Below, piece by piece: positions 37,990-47,401 of a DNA stretch of 64,000 nt. The notes beneath the pieces were generated by a model. That model was given only the letters and a program-made list of their open reading frames with translations, made no database searches and was not told the origin of the DNA. The DNA lies in assembly GCA_050287085.1 (NCBI GenBank), contig JBNKBE010000026.1:1-64000 (forward strand), written 5' to 3'. Source of the stretch: Polyangiaceae bacterium. Its GTDB lineage: Bacteria; Myxococcota_A; Polyangia; Polyangiales; Polyangiaceae. The translations under genes and the position numbers were made by a program. Each line of letters starts with the position of its first letter. Position 1 is the first letter of the stretch.

Positions 37990-38777
37990 CGAACAGCCAG
38001 AGCATGAACCTAAAACCACCCAAGGTCGCGCGAGCGGTTGCCCTCAGCGCGTTTGCCCTCGCCATTGGCTCGGGGTGCGCCGCTCGCAACTACACGCACT
38101 ACTTGATCGAGCCGGCTCCGAAGAAGCCGAAGCCCTTGGAGGAGGAGCAGGGCACGCTGCAGCGGCCGTTCGGCTTCGGCTCGACCACGACGATGAAGAT
38201 CGCTTGGAACGACGGCGAGATGCTGACGGAGGTCGAGGTACCGATGTTGGCCAGCGGGCAGCGCATTGTCGTCGAGCACACGGGTCAAGCATCGGACGTC
38301 AAGACCATACCCGCCACGCGTCTCGTGCCGCCGGTGCCGACGGCGGCGGACAAGTCCCTGGAAGAGGCGTATCGAGCGCGTGGCTTGAAGGTGAAGGAGG
38401 ACGCGACCGCCGTCAGCATTTCGGGGTCACACACGCTGATGGTGCAGGCGCTCAAAGAAGGCAACTACCAGCTCGCTCTCGAACGGTGTGAGATGGTTCT
38501 GGCTCGCTACCCGTCACACCCGCAGTTCATGCGAGCCAAGGCGTCGATCTTGTTGCTCATGGGTGAACGTGACAAGGCGATCGAGCTATACGAAGCCGCC
38601 GAAGAGATCGAGAGCGATCCAGAGGTGCGCGCCACGCTTGAGCGGCTGCGGCAAGAGGAGGGTGCAAGTATCGGTGGAGCGGCCCCGGCGCCGTCGGCGC
38701 CTGCAGCACCCTCAGCGCCAGCGGCGCCAGCAGCGCCCCCCGCTCTCCCGGGCCGCGCAGCTGAGGAGGGGCGCTGA
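37986..38777 (+). CDS. TPR lipoprotein (operon gene 5)
   Basis: Lipobox GSGC; TPR GNYQLALERCEMVLARYP...GERDKAIELYEAA; ATGA overlap with the upstream gene. Confidence 0.8.
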   Translation: MTNSQSMNLKPPKVARAVALSAFALAIGSGCAARNYTHYLIEPAPKKPKPLEEEQGTLQRPFGFGSTTTMKIAWNDGEMLTEVEVPMLASGQRIVVEHTGQASDVKTIPATRLVPPVPTAADKSLEEAYRARGLKVKEDATAVSISGSHTLMVQALKEGNYQLALERCEMVLARYPSHPQFMRAKASILLLMGERDKAIELYEAAEEIESDPEVRATLERLRQEEGASIGGAAPAPSAPAAPSAPAAPAAPPALPGRAAEEGR

Positions 38778-39511
38778 TGCAACTGTTCGGCATAGCGCTA
38801 CTCGGCCTCGTCGTCTGGTTCTCCTTTCTCGAGCTTCCGCCGGGGCCGATCAAGGCGCTGGACTTGCACGCGCTCGTCATCGTGCTCGGCGGCTCGTTTG
38901 CGACCATGATCACCAGCTCGAGCGCCCGGGCGGCGCTGCAAACGGTGGTCTGCATTCGAGAGCTCATCCCTTTTGCAGGGAGCTTGCACGGCACCAGCCA
39001 GCGACTGGAGCAGGAGCGCGAGCGCTTCTCCCAGCTGTGGCGGGAAGGCAAGCGCGCCCAGGCTGTCGAACTGGCTGAGGGCAGCGAGCTCGTGCCCATT
39101 CGCAAGATGCTCGAGCTCGTGTTGGCGCGTGCGCCCAGGGAGATGACGGAGACTGAGTTTCTCAAGTTGCGTCACCAGGAGGTCAGCCGATGGCAGCCCG
39201 CCACGTCCAATTGGGAGGGCCTGGCCAAGCTCGGCCCCTCTTTCGGCTTGCTCGGTACGGTCAGCGGCATCGTGCAGCTCTTCGGACAGATGGGCAACGA
39301 TGACTTCGAGATCGGCACTTCGATGTCGCTTGCCCTGCTCTCGACCCTGTACGGCATTGTCCTCGGGACCGGTATCGCGGGTCCCGTCGGTCAGTACTTG
39401 AGAAATCTACTCGATGAACGCCTCGGGGCGCTCAGCCGTTGCCGGCAGAGCGTCGTGGAACTGGCAGAAACTCGAGGCCACGAGCCAGGTGGGCTGGAGC
39501 TGAGAGGCTAG
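38777..39511 (+). CDS. motA: MotA-type stator A subunit (MotA/TolQ/ExbB family)
   Basis: Four TM segments; VIVLGGS, GPSFGLLGTVSGIV and MSLALLSTLYG; 244 aa. Confidence 0.85.
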   Translation: MQLFGIALLGLVVWFSFLELPPGPIKALDLHALVIVLGGSFATMITSSSARAALQTVVCIRELIPFAGSLHGTSQRLEQERERFSQLWREGKRAQAVELAEGSELVPIRKMLELVLARAPREMTETEFLKLRHQEVSRWQPATSNWEGLAKLGPSFGLLGTVSGIVQLFGQMGNDDFEIGTSMSLALLSTLYGIVLGTGIAGPVGQYLRNLLDERLGALSRCRQSVVELAETRGHEPGGLELRG

Positions 39512-39513
39512 TT

Positions 39514-40140
39514 GTGGAATACCGGCGCCCCCCCGAAGACGAGCCGTGGCTACTGTCGTTTGCGGACCTGATGACGAACTTGCTGATCTTCTTCGTGATG
39601 TTGCTATCGGTTTCCGAGGTGAGCCAAACGCGCATGCAACAACTGACCCAGAGCCTCTCCGGAAAGACCAGCGAGACCAGTTTGGAAGCTATCCAAAAGG
39701 AGGTGGAGCAGGGCATCCGCGAGCGCAAGCTGGAAGAGCTGGTGTCGACTGAACTCAGTGATCGGGGCCTGGAACTGCGCCTGAACTCGGGCGTCGTTTT
39801 CGACTCCGGGCAAGCCGTCATTCGAGAGGAGTGGGTGACTACGATGGATTCGATGCTGCAGGCCCTGGTCCCCTATGCCGGTCGCTACCGCTTTGCGGTA
39901 GAGGGGCACACGGATACTCGTCCCATAGCGCCAGGTGGGCGATACGCCTCCAACTGGGAGCTCTCCTCTGCGCGTGCTCACGCCGTGCGTCAGCGCCTGG
40001 CAGCGCTCGGGATCGCGCCCGGTCGCACGAAGGTCGAAGGCTACGCGGATACGGTTTCGCTGCCGGCGGCTGAACTCGAGGGGCTTTCTGAAGCCGAGCG
40101 ACTCGCGCGTCACCGACGTGTCGTCGTGAGGGTGTACTGA
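39514..40140 (+). CDS. motB: MotB-type stator B subunit with OmpA-like peptidoglycan-binding domain
   Basis: WLLSFADLMTNLLIFFVMLL with the conserved Asp; VEGHTD, NWELSSARA, GYAD and RRV. Confidence 0.92.
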   Translation: MEYRRPPEDEPWLLSFADLMTNLLIFFVMLLSVSEVSQTRMQQLTQSLSGKTSETSLEAIQKEVEQGIRERKLEELVSTELSDRGLELRLNSGVVFDSGQAVIREEWVTTMDSMLQALVPYAGRYRFAVEGHTDTRPIAPGGRYASNWELSSARAHAVRQRLAALGIAPGRTKVEGYADTVSLPAAELEGLSEAERLARHRRVVVRVY

Positions 40141-41975
40141 TGAAGACGTTTGGAACTCTGCTGCTCGCGTGCGGCGCGCTGCTTTGTGCCGGAGCCGCCG
40201 CTGCCCAGTCACGATCCACCGCCGAACGACCCGTACCACAAGCGGTGCTGGCGCAGGTCCGGCAGGTAGAAAACGACTTTCGCCGCGCGCTGGCGCAAGA
40301 TTGCGCTCCCGAGCGGTGCTTCGCCAAAGTGTGCGTGCATGTTGCACACACCGTTGTCAACGCCCAGGAGTCGCACTCCTTGCCCGGGCTCAACCTGGAG
40401 CCGCCCCCCGGGCTGGGTGATACGCCAGGGCAAGTGCACCTGACGAGCGTCGAGTGCAGCTTTGCGCACGACCCCTCGGTGCGCGCCAAAGACGCCGCCG
40501 CGCTGGCCATGCGCTTGAAAGCCAAGCTCTCCCGCGCTTGGACGGACGTGGACGTCGTCTATGAAGAGCTGCCAGCGGTGCGCGCGGAGCTCAGCAAGTC
40601 GCCCTTGCCGGACCCCCAAGTGCCGTATCCGTACTCGCCGGCGCCTGCGCCGCCCGAGCCGGAGCTGAAGCCGGAGCCAGCGGCGGAGCCTCCGGCGCCC
40701 GAGCCGCCGCCATTGCCGGCATGGGACAACGCTCAGCCCAGTCGGGAGCTGTGGCTCAGTCTGCTCCCGCACTTCTCGTGGATGTTGGGGTTGGTACTTC
40801 TCACGTTTGCAGCATTGATCCTCATCTGGGCGGCCAGGCGCCTCGGACGCATGTCACCCGAAGAACAATTGCTCCTGTCGCAATTGGCTCAGGAAGGCGC
40901 TGGCACGTCGCCCTCTTCGGACGCGGCGGCGGCTGCCGAGGTGACCGAAAGCGAGCCGATGAAGCGCTGGCGTGCGCGCATGGAGGCGAGCGGCCAGAGC
41001 GGCAAAGCGGATCCGGCGCTGCAAGCATTGGTCAAAGATCTGCTGCGCCATCGCGAGTACGCCATGCTCGCCAAAGCGGCGTTGTTGTTCCCGGAGCAGC
41101 TCCCGAAGGCTTTCCCCGCTGACGGTGAGCTGGCCAACGCCCGGTTGGCGCTCGCCGAGTACCTAAAGGAGGCGGACACCGACCGCCTGCCCTCGGACGA
41201 GGCGTTTTTTGCCAAACTGGACCGCCACGCGGTGTCCGCGCAGCTGACGGCGGACGCCGATGCGGACCTGCTCCGCGGCTTGCACGACGACTTCGGAGCG
41301 CGGGCGCTGGTTCAGGCTCTCGACGTGGTGCCGGCCCGTCACGGGGCGCTACTGTTCGCCCATGCCGCAGTAGAGATGCAGCACGAGGCGGCTGAGCTGA
41401 TGAAGCCCGAGCGAGTCGCGAGCGTGGTCGACTCGCTCATGCGCTCCAATCGTGTCGATCCAGCCGAGACCGCTTATCTGTTGCGACTATTGGGTGCGCT
41501 CCGCACCGGGTCGGAGCTGCCCGCGGCGCCTGCCGTCGATGCCGTGTCCGACCGCGGTGAAGTGTTCAACGCGACGGCTGCGCTCTCCATACTGCTACCG
41601 CGACTCGCTCCCGAGCGGCGAAACCAACTGGTCGAAGCCGTGCGAACGCAACACAACGGCAAGCTCCCGAGTTGGCTGCGCGGCATCCTCTACGGGAAGA
41701 TGCTGCTGGAATTGAGTCCCAGCCAGCGCACGGACATCTTGCTCGAGGTGGAGGCTACCCAGCTGGCGTCCTGGCTGCAGGTGCAGGCCCAAGACAGCCG
41801 GGCCGCGTTGCTTTCCGAGGCGCCCGCCTCGCTTCAGGCCGCGCTGTCGGGCGCACGCGTGCCGAGCGCACTTCGCGAGCGCTACGCGCTCGCCGAAGCC
41901 GGCCGCGCGGCGCTGTCGGCCAGCTTGTTGCGTCGCATCGGACCCGATTTCGCTTTCCACACCCTGCTCGGCTGA
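40140..41975 (+). CDS. Single-pass membrane protein: periplasmic domain, Pro-rich linker, TM helix and FliG-like cytoplasmic domains
   Basis: Signal peptide and TM at about aa 205-232. Segments from about aa 376 and aa 517 follow FliG middle and C-terminal hydrophobic patterns (judged by eye). Confidence 0.6.
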   Translation: MKTFGTLLLACGALLCAGAAAAQSRSTAERPVPQAVLAQVRQVENDFRRALAQDCAPERCFAKVCVHVAHTVVNAQESHSLPGLNLEPPPGLGDTPGQVHLTSVECSFAHDPSVRAKDAAALAMRLKAKLSRAWTDVDVVYEELPAVRAELSKSPLPDPQVPYPYSPAPAPPEPELKPEPAAEPPAPEPPPLPAWDNAQPSRELWLSLLPHFSWMLGLVLLTFAALILIWAARRLGRMSPEEQLLLSQLAQEGAGTSPSSDAAAAAEVTESEPMKRWRARMEASGQSGKADPALQALVKDLLRHREYAMLAKAALLFPEQLPKAFPADGELANARLALAEYLKEADTDRLPSDEAFFAKLDRHAVSAQLTADADADLLRGLHDDFGARALVQALDVVPARHGALLFAHAAVEMQHEAAELMKPERVASVVDSLMRSNRVDPAETAYLLRLLGALRTGSELPAAPAVDAVSDRGEVFNATAALSILLPRLAPERRNQLVEAVRTQHNGKLPSWLRGILYGKMLLELSPSQRTDILLEVEATQLASWLQVQAQDSRAALLSEAPASLQAALSGARVPSALRERYALAEAGRAALSASLLRRIGPDFAFHTLLG

Positions 41976-41981
41976 TCTCTC

Positions 41982-44195
41982 GTGGCCTCTCGTGCGCTTT
42001 TCACACCCTGGTCGAAGTGGTTGCTGGCTCTTGCAACGCTCGCGGCTACGGCGTGCAAGGTGCCCATCAGTCAACTGAATGCCGAGTTCTCGTTGGCTGA
42101 CGCCTCGTGGTTCGAGGAGGAAGAGACGCTGTTTGTGTTCTACCAGGTGCAAGCAGAGCATGAGCTTGGCGCAGAGAGCGTAGTCGAGCTCCGCTACACG
42201 ACGGACGACGGGGTCACCCGCTGGCAGGAGCTGTCCAGTCTACCCCAGGTGCACCGTCACCTCGCGGTAGACTGCGGCGCTCGCACATTGTGTGGCAGCG
42301 GGAGCCTTCACGTGCCGCTCGAGCCCCGAGAAGTCCACCTGCGGCTGCGTTATCATCGGGACGGTGAGCTCGCGCTGCTACCCACCACCGCGTTCAACGT
42401 GGTGGGGCCCGGCGCGCCGCATACGAGTCGCAGCGTCTTGATCTACGGCGTTTTCGACAAACACAACCGCGCGCTGCAGTGGTGCGCGCGCCACGTCTTT
42501 CCCACCGTCCGCAATGAGCAGGCGGAGCGCCTAGGCCTCCGCCGCTGGTTCAAGGTCGAAGCACAGTGGGGTGACGACACGGTCGAGCCACGCGCCCAGG
42601 CGTCGTCGGTAGCGGATATCCCTGGGGCTCTCGGCCTCGGAGGGGACAGCGAGGCGCTCGACCCTGGGGCGAGCGGCGGGCCCGGCTCTCTCTTTCCGCT
42701 GGGGGGTACACCCGCGACGGCAAAGGACGACAATCCCTATCGTTATGGTGTGGACTGCGTCGCGCCGGAGACGACGCTGGAGCTAGTGCCCCCGGAAAGC
42801 GACGAACGAGCTGTCTTCAACGAGGAAGATCTTCCGAGCGCGGCGTCGGCGGCTACGCGCATCTGTGCCGAGGCCGTGGTGCAGACTGCCATCGGTCCTT
42901 TTAAGACCATTGCGGTGGCCCGAAAGAACCCGGAAGTGCGTCCGGCCTTTCCGGTCCTCCGCAGCCCCATCCAGGAAGCTACGCAGATCAAGTATCTGCT
43001 GTCCGTGTGCGAGCGCACCATCTCGGCGAAGCACCTGGCCATGCAGCGGCAGCGCCTCCAGTTGGAAGACGTCGTCCCAATTTGCATCGACGATTGGAAC
43101 GAGACGTTGTCCGACGCACTTGTCGAGAGACTGGCCAGCGACCTAGAGCGCGTCCGCGCGGAGGGCCACGACATGGTGCTCAGTATCGCATTGCATCATG
43201 ACACACCCGGGTTGCGCGCGGAAGTGGAGGAAGCGCTTGCGCTGGTACTCGCGCCGGAGCGTCAACGTACGACGCCCCGGCTGGCGGGCGCCTTCGTGTT
43301 CGATAGTGTGCCCTTTGCGGTAGATGATGCGACGGTGGGGCAGACTACGCTCTGGTGTCCGGCAAGCATCGTGCCGTCCACGGGTTCGGGGGGGGCGGGG
43401 GCGATGGACGGTGCGGCAGGCGGGGGCGGGACGGGGGGCGCGGGAAGCGAAGAGACATCTCCGCTTCAGGGCAACACCTCCATCGCTAGCCTGGCCTGCG
43501 TTGTCGTGCCGGATACGAGCCTGAGCTTGGGCCCTTTCTCCATCGCCGGTTTACCCATCTTGCCGTCGCGAACACAGTACCTGAAGTTCCTGGAGACCTA
43601 CTCCGACGACGAAGCGGGTCACGTCGAGTCGCTCGCTTTTCTGACGCCCGAGCTACCGCCCACGTCTGACGCGGTACCCATACCGCCCATCGGCATGGCG
43701 TCATTTCTCAATGATGAGTCGATCGAAGCAATCGCAACCGATGCTTTCTCCTTCTGCGGCTCTGCCGGCGAGTATCAGGGTTTCGTCTTCCGCTCGGCCA
43801 CCAGTCCTCAGCCCGTGCCGCTCGCCGCGTTGCCCGCGTGGCACAACGCGCTCAGCGAGACGAGTTACGATCTGGGCTTGGTCTGGGAGTTCCCATTCTT
43901 GTTGCGCCTCGAGTACGAAACGGCGATTGCAGCGGCGGTGAGCGCGTTTTCGGTGAGTGTGCCGTTTGGTTATCCCATCGATTCAGCCCAAGAGTTTGGC
44001 AGCAGCTTGTGGCTGTCCAACACGTTTCCGCTCGCAGAGAGCCTGACTCAGTGTCGGCGCTTCTGCGACCACCCCGCGTTCGACTCAGCGGGGGTCTACC
44101 AGGTCGGCGCGGGCTTCCGCACGCTCTACGCCAACAACTGCTACAAGCCTCGCTATCCGGAGCGAGGGGACTCGGGGTTTCCCAGTGATCCTTGA
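41982..44195 (+). CDS. Large Cys-containing lipoprotein (operon gene 9)
   Basis: Lipobox ATAC; 737 aa with Gly-rich linkers; no family recognised. Confidence 0.8.
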   Translation: MASRALFTPWSKWLLALATLAATACKVPISQLNAEFSLADASWFEEEETLFVFYQVQAEHELGAESVVELRYTTDDGVTRWQELSSLPQVHRHLAVDCGARTLCGSGSLHVPLEPREVHLRLRYHRDGELALLPTTAFNVVGPGAPHTSRSVLIYGVFDKHNRALQWCARHVFPTVRNEQAERLGLRRWFKVEAQWGDDTVEPRAQASSVADIPGALGLGGDSEALDPGASGGPGSLFPLGGTPATAKDDNPYRYGVDCVAPETTLELVPPESDERAVFNEEDLPSAASAATRICAEAVVQTAIGPFKTIAVARKNPEVRPAFPVLRSPIQEATQIKYLLSVCERTISAKHLAMQRQRLQLEDVVPICIDDWNETLSDALVERLASDLERVRAEGHDMVLSIALHHDTPGLRAEVEEALALVLAPERQRTTPRLAGAFVFDSVPFAVDDATVGQTTLWCPASIVPSTGSGGAGAMDGAAGGGGTGGAGSEETSPLQGNTSIASLACVVVPDTSLSLGPFSIAGLPILPSRTQYLKFLETYSDDEAGHVESLAFLTPELPPTSDAVPIPPIGMASFLNDESIEAIATDAFSFCGSAGEYQGFVFRSATSPQPVPLAALPAWHNALSETSYDLGLVWEFPFLLRLEYETAIAAAVSAFSVSVPFGYPIDSAQEFGSSLWLSNTFPLAESLTQCRRFCDHPAFDSAGVYQVGAGFRTLYANNCYKPRYPERGDSGFPSDP

Positions 44196-44232
44196 GCGCG
44201 GGACTTCTGAGCGCGGGACTTCTGAGCGCGGG

Positions 44233-45330
44233 ATGCTGGCGCTCCGGGGCTTGGCAGGCGGGAGCCCCCGGCGCAGCGGGCTCTGGGTGCTTCTGCTCGC
44301 CACTTTGGGAGCCGCTACGCCCGCATGGGCCGCGCTGAGCGAGCCTGCCGCGGGGGCACAACCGCTAGCCGCTGCCGAGCCCGAAGCCGCTATCGATACC
44401 GAAACGTCCGAGTCGGCTGGGGTGAACGTCGCTTCAGAGGCGTCCGGGCGCACCGGGGCGGCTGAAGGCGGAGCCAGCGCAGCGGAACCGGGCGCAGCGG
44501 AGCCAGGCGCAGCGGAGCCAGGCGCAGCGGAACCAGGCGCAGCGGAACCGGGCGCAGCACCCGAAACAACGCAGCCGCCGCCTCCGCTTGCGGCCGAAGG
44601 CCCCGAGCTGGAACACGAACCCGATGCGCGCGTGGACGCATACCGCACTCCGTTCGATGCCCTGATGCAGCGGTCAATCGGGAGCACGTCGCGGCGCGTG
44701 CTCTACGATTGGCGGCGCGCGAACTTGCAGCTGCGGGCCGTCTTCGCCATCCCTGCAGAGCTCAACAACTTCGAAAGCCGGCGCGCAGGTTTGGGGATCC
44801 GCGTGCCCACCGACGGCGTGTTGCTGGCGTTCGACGTTTCTTACGTGGCGGTCAGCGGCAGCGTCAGCAGCCGACAGCTGGCTCTGACGCCCTACCGTCA
44901 ACCGGGACGACCAACTCGTCTCCAAGTGGACGCGAGCTTGCTCTACCCTCTAGCCGAAGGGATCATGACGGCCGCCCGCGACTTCGTGCCCGACTCGGAG
45001 CTCGTCTTCAGCGCTGCCGGACGGCTCAGCTACCACTTCTATCCGTCGGCGTATCGCGACATGACGTGGACGCAGGCGCTGGCATCAACGGTTGCTCCCA
45101 GCCTTTCCGACAAGGCGCTTAGAAACTTGGCGCGCGCGGGGCTGCCCGGCATGGAAGTCGACAGGGCGCGCTACTCGCTCATGCTGGGGGTTGTGACGGA
45201 CGTGTACTTCCGTCGGGGTGCGTTCTTTGGGGTGGAGAGCTTGGTGGGGTTGCCGCTGCTCGGCTTTGTGACGAACACGAAGATGGACTACGGGTTCGAA
45301 CTCGGCATTTCGCTGGGGTTGTCCCTCTGA
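44233..45330 (+). CDS. Probable outer-membrane beta-barrel protein (operon gene 10)
   Basis: Signal peptide ending AWA, five AAEPG repeats, amphipathic strands and terminal YGFELGISLGLSL. Confidence 0.7.
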   Translation: MLALRGLAGGSPRRSGLWVLLLATLGAATPAWAALSEPAAGAQPLAAAEPEAAIDTETSESAGVNVASEASGRTGAAEGGASAAEPGAAEPGAAEPGAAEPGAAEPGAAPETTQPPPPLAAEGPELEHEPDARVDAYRTPFDALMQRSIGSTSRRVLYDWRRANLQLRAVFAIPAELNNFESRRAGLGIRVPTDGVLLAFDVSYVAVSGSVSSRQLALTPYRQPGRPTRLQVDASLLYPLAEGIMTAARDFVPDSELVFSAAGRLSYHFYPSAYRDMTWTQALASTVAPSLSDKALRNLARAGLPGMEVDRARYSLMLGVVTDVYFRRGAFFGVESLVGLPLLGFVTNTKMDYGFELGISLGLSL

Positions 45331-47384
45331 TGACCCCGCTCGCGGGAGCCTCGTACCCGGGCGACGAGGGCGCGAAGCGCAGCTGGGCGAAGCGCGCAGC
45401 TGGGACACGCGCAGCTGGGACACGCGCTGCCGGGACACGCGCTGCTGGGACACTTCTCGTGTTGGGGCTGCTGTCATGCGCCCACGCGCCGGGTGTTGGC
45501 ACTGCGCCGGATGTGGACACTGCCCCCAGCCCGCAAGCACTGACCTACTACAACGCGCGCCTAGCGCTGCGCGAAGAGCGTCCCTCGGAGGCACTGCGGT
45601 TTTGGTTGCTGCGCAACGCCATCGAAAGCGAAACGCGCAGGGTGAGTGCCCACGATGCGGATTTCCGGTCCGCCGTGTGGGTGGCGCTGGGTGATTCGGC
45701 GTTATGTCCGGACGGATTCCCCCGCGACTCGGCGGCGGAGGGGGGCGCCGGGCTCTGGCCGCTGGCGGTCCACAACTGGGTGGTGCACACGCGACTTCGT
45801 CCCGCGCCGGCAAGTGATAGGGCCCCCTTCGATGCCTTTGCGCACGGCTACCAGCGGCGCGACGTGCAGCTAGAAGACGTGCTTTCGGCGAAGGAGCTCG
45901 AAGCGCTTCGTTTCTCCCGCGGAGACTGCTGGCAACACCTTCTCATCCAGCAAGCGGCCGGCGTCTGGAGCACCAGTTTGCGCGAGCCAGATGCGGCTGC
46001 ACACGTCCTCCGTCAGTTGCTGCGCAGTGCCCTGGCAACGGTGCCGAAGGACCGCGTGGTGGGCCGGGCGGTCGTGGCCGCCCGGATCTTCGACTTGAAC
46101 CTCAAGCTCGCGCAGCTGGCCGCTCGCAAGCAGCGCAAGCAACAGCGCGAGGCGCGTCTTCGTGCCGGCGTCGTGGCAACGAGCACCCACGACGTGCAAG
46201 CCGTCCCCCTTGCTTCTGAAGAAGGCGCCATCCTGATGCAGAGCTTGAAGTGGTCGGCCGAAGAGTGGATGACGCTCTCGACCGAGCGACGACTGTTTCT
46301 CTTCGCCCACGCCGTCCGCGCGGCGCCCCACGCAAATACCGAGCGTCTGAGGCTGGCCATCATGGACGCTTTGATCAAACGTCGCCGAGGAGCGGAGCTG
46401 GAAGGCTGGCTGGCGTGGTGGGTGTCCGGCCCCGCCGAGCAGTCTGCGTCCTCCGGCGAGAGACTCGAAGCGCTGGAACGCGCCGTGTGGTCCGGTGAAC
46501 GCGGTGCCCAGCTGCTCGCCCTCGACCTGGAAAGCGGGTTCCGGGAGCGCGCCGTGATCGCCTTGCACCGCGGTATCGACGCGCTGACTCGCGGTGACCA
46601 GGCGGAGGCACTGCGTCTCTTGGCACATGCTCTGCGCTGGGCTGACGACTCGCGAGACGGAAACACGGTGAGGAACTTGGCTCGGCGCTGGTTGTCCTTC
46701 GTTGCGGCCCAGTTCCAGGTCACGGACGAGTTGTTGCTGATGCTGCGCAACGTTGCTCCACGGTCGGAGCTCTCGGCCATCTTGGAAGATCAAGTGTGGC
46801 ATGCCGCGTTCGCGGGCGACGCGGCATCTTTCGAGCGGTGTGCGCTTCATCTCGGTACGCGTGGTGCGCTGGCGCAGCGCGTGCAGCTTCTTCGGCCCCT
46901 AGCGCAAGACGACGCCGTCGCTTTCGTCACCACGCTGCGGACGGCAGACGAGAAGTCGCCCCAGCTTACGACGGCGCTCTCGAAACAACTGCTCGACCGG
47001 CTGCAGGCCGAGCCCGAACCAGTGCGCGTGCGCGAGCTCCCGCTGCTTCGTGAACTCGAGTCCTTGCTCGGGGAAAGCCTGGAGCGAGCTCAGGGCCGCG
47101 GGCGTAGCCAGCGCAAGAGGGAAGCAGTCCTGCTACAGATCCGCGCCCTCATCGAGGGCACGGCAGGGGTGGCAGACGACGAAGCCTCGCGCGCCCGCGC
47201 GTTGTCACCGGAGCGAGAGGTCTTCGTGGGCAGTCTGCGGCTTGCGCCGAGCGATCCGGTACCCTGGCCGTTCGTCGAACCCGAGCTCGAGGCTCCACCG
47301 GTATTTACTCCACTCCGGCTGCGGCCCGAGGAGTGGGCGGCTGCGAGCGGTGAGCTCGTCTTTGGCTGGAGGGTGAGCGACTGA
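45330..47384 (+). CDS. Alpha-helical (TPR-like) lipoprotein (operon gene 11)
   Basis: Lipobox LLSC after RAAGT repeats; long Ala/Leu/Arg helical repeats; 1-bp overlap with the upstream stop. Confidence 0.78.
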   Translation: MTPLAGASYPGDEGAKRSWAKRAAGTRAAGTRAAGTRAAGTLLVLGLLSCAHAPGVGTAPDVDTAPSPQALTYYNARLALREERPSEALRFWLLRNAIESETRRVSAHDADFRSAVWVALGDSALCPDGFPRDSAAEGGAGLWPLAVHNWVVHTRLRPAPASDRAPFDAFAHGYQRRDVQLEDVLSAKELEALRFSRGDCWQHLLIQQAAGVWSTSLREPDAAAHVLRQLLRSALATVPKDRVVGRAVVAARIFDLNLKLAQLAARKQRKQQREARLRAGVVATSTHDVQAVPLASEEGAILMQSLKWSAEEWMTLSTERRLFLFAHAVRAAPHANTERLRLAIMDALIKRRRGAELEGWLAWWVSGPAEQSASSGERLEALERAVWSGERGAQLLALDLESGFRERAVIALHRGIDALTRGDQAEALRLLAHALRWADDSRDGNTVRNLARRWLSFVAAQFQVTDELLLMLRNVAPRSELSAILEDQVWHAAFAGDAASFERCALHLGTRGALAQRVQLLRPLAQDDAVAFVTTLRTADEKSPQLTTALSKQLLDRLQAEPEPVRVRELPLLRELESLLGESLERAQGRGRSQRKREAVLLQIRALIEGTAGVADDEASRARALSPEREVFVGSLRLAPSDPVPWPFVEPELEAPPVFTPLRLRPEEWAAASGELVFGWRVSD

Positions 47385-47401
47385 AGCGCCCCAATTCCCC
47401 C

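Noticed and set aside
38777..40140. Zorya ZorAB anti-phage system
   Set aside because: MotA is 244 aa with no long cytoplasmic tail, and no ZorC/D/E-like helicase or nuclease is nearby.
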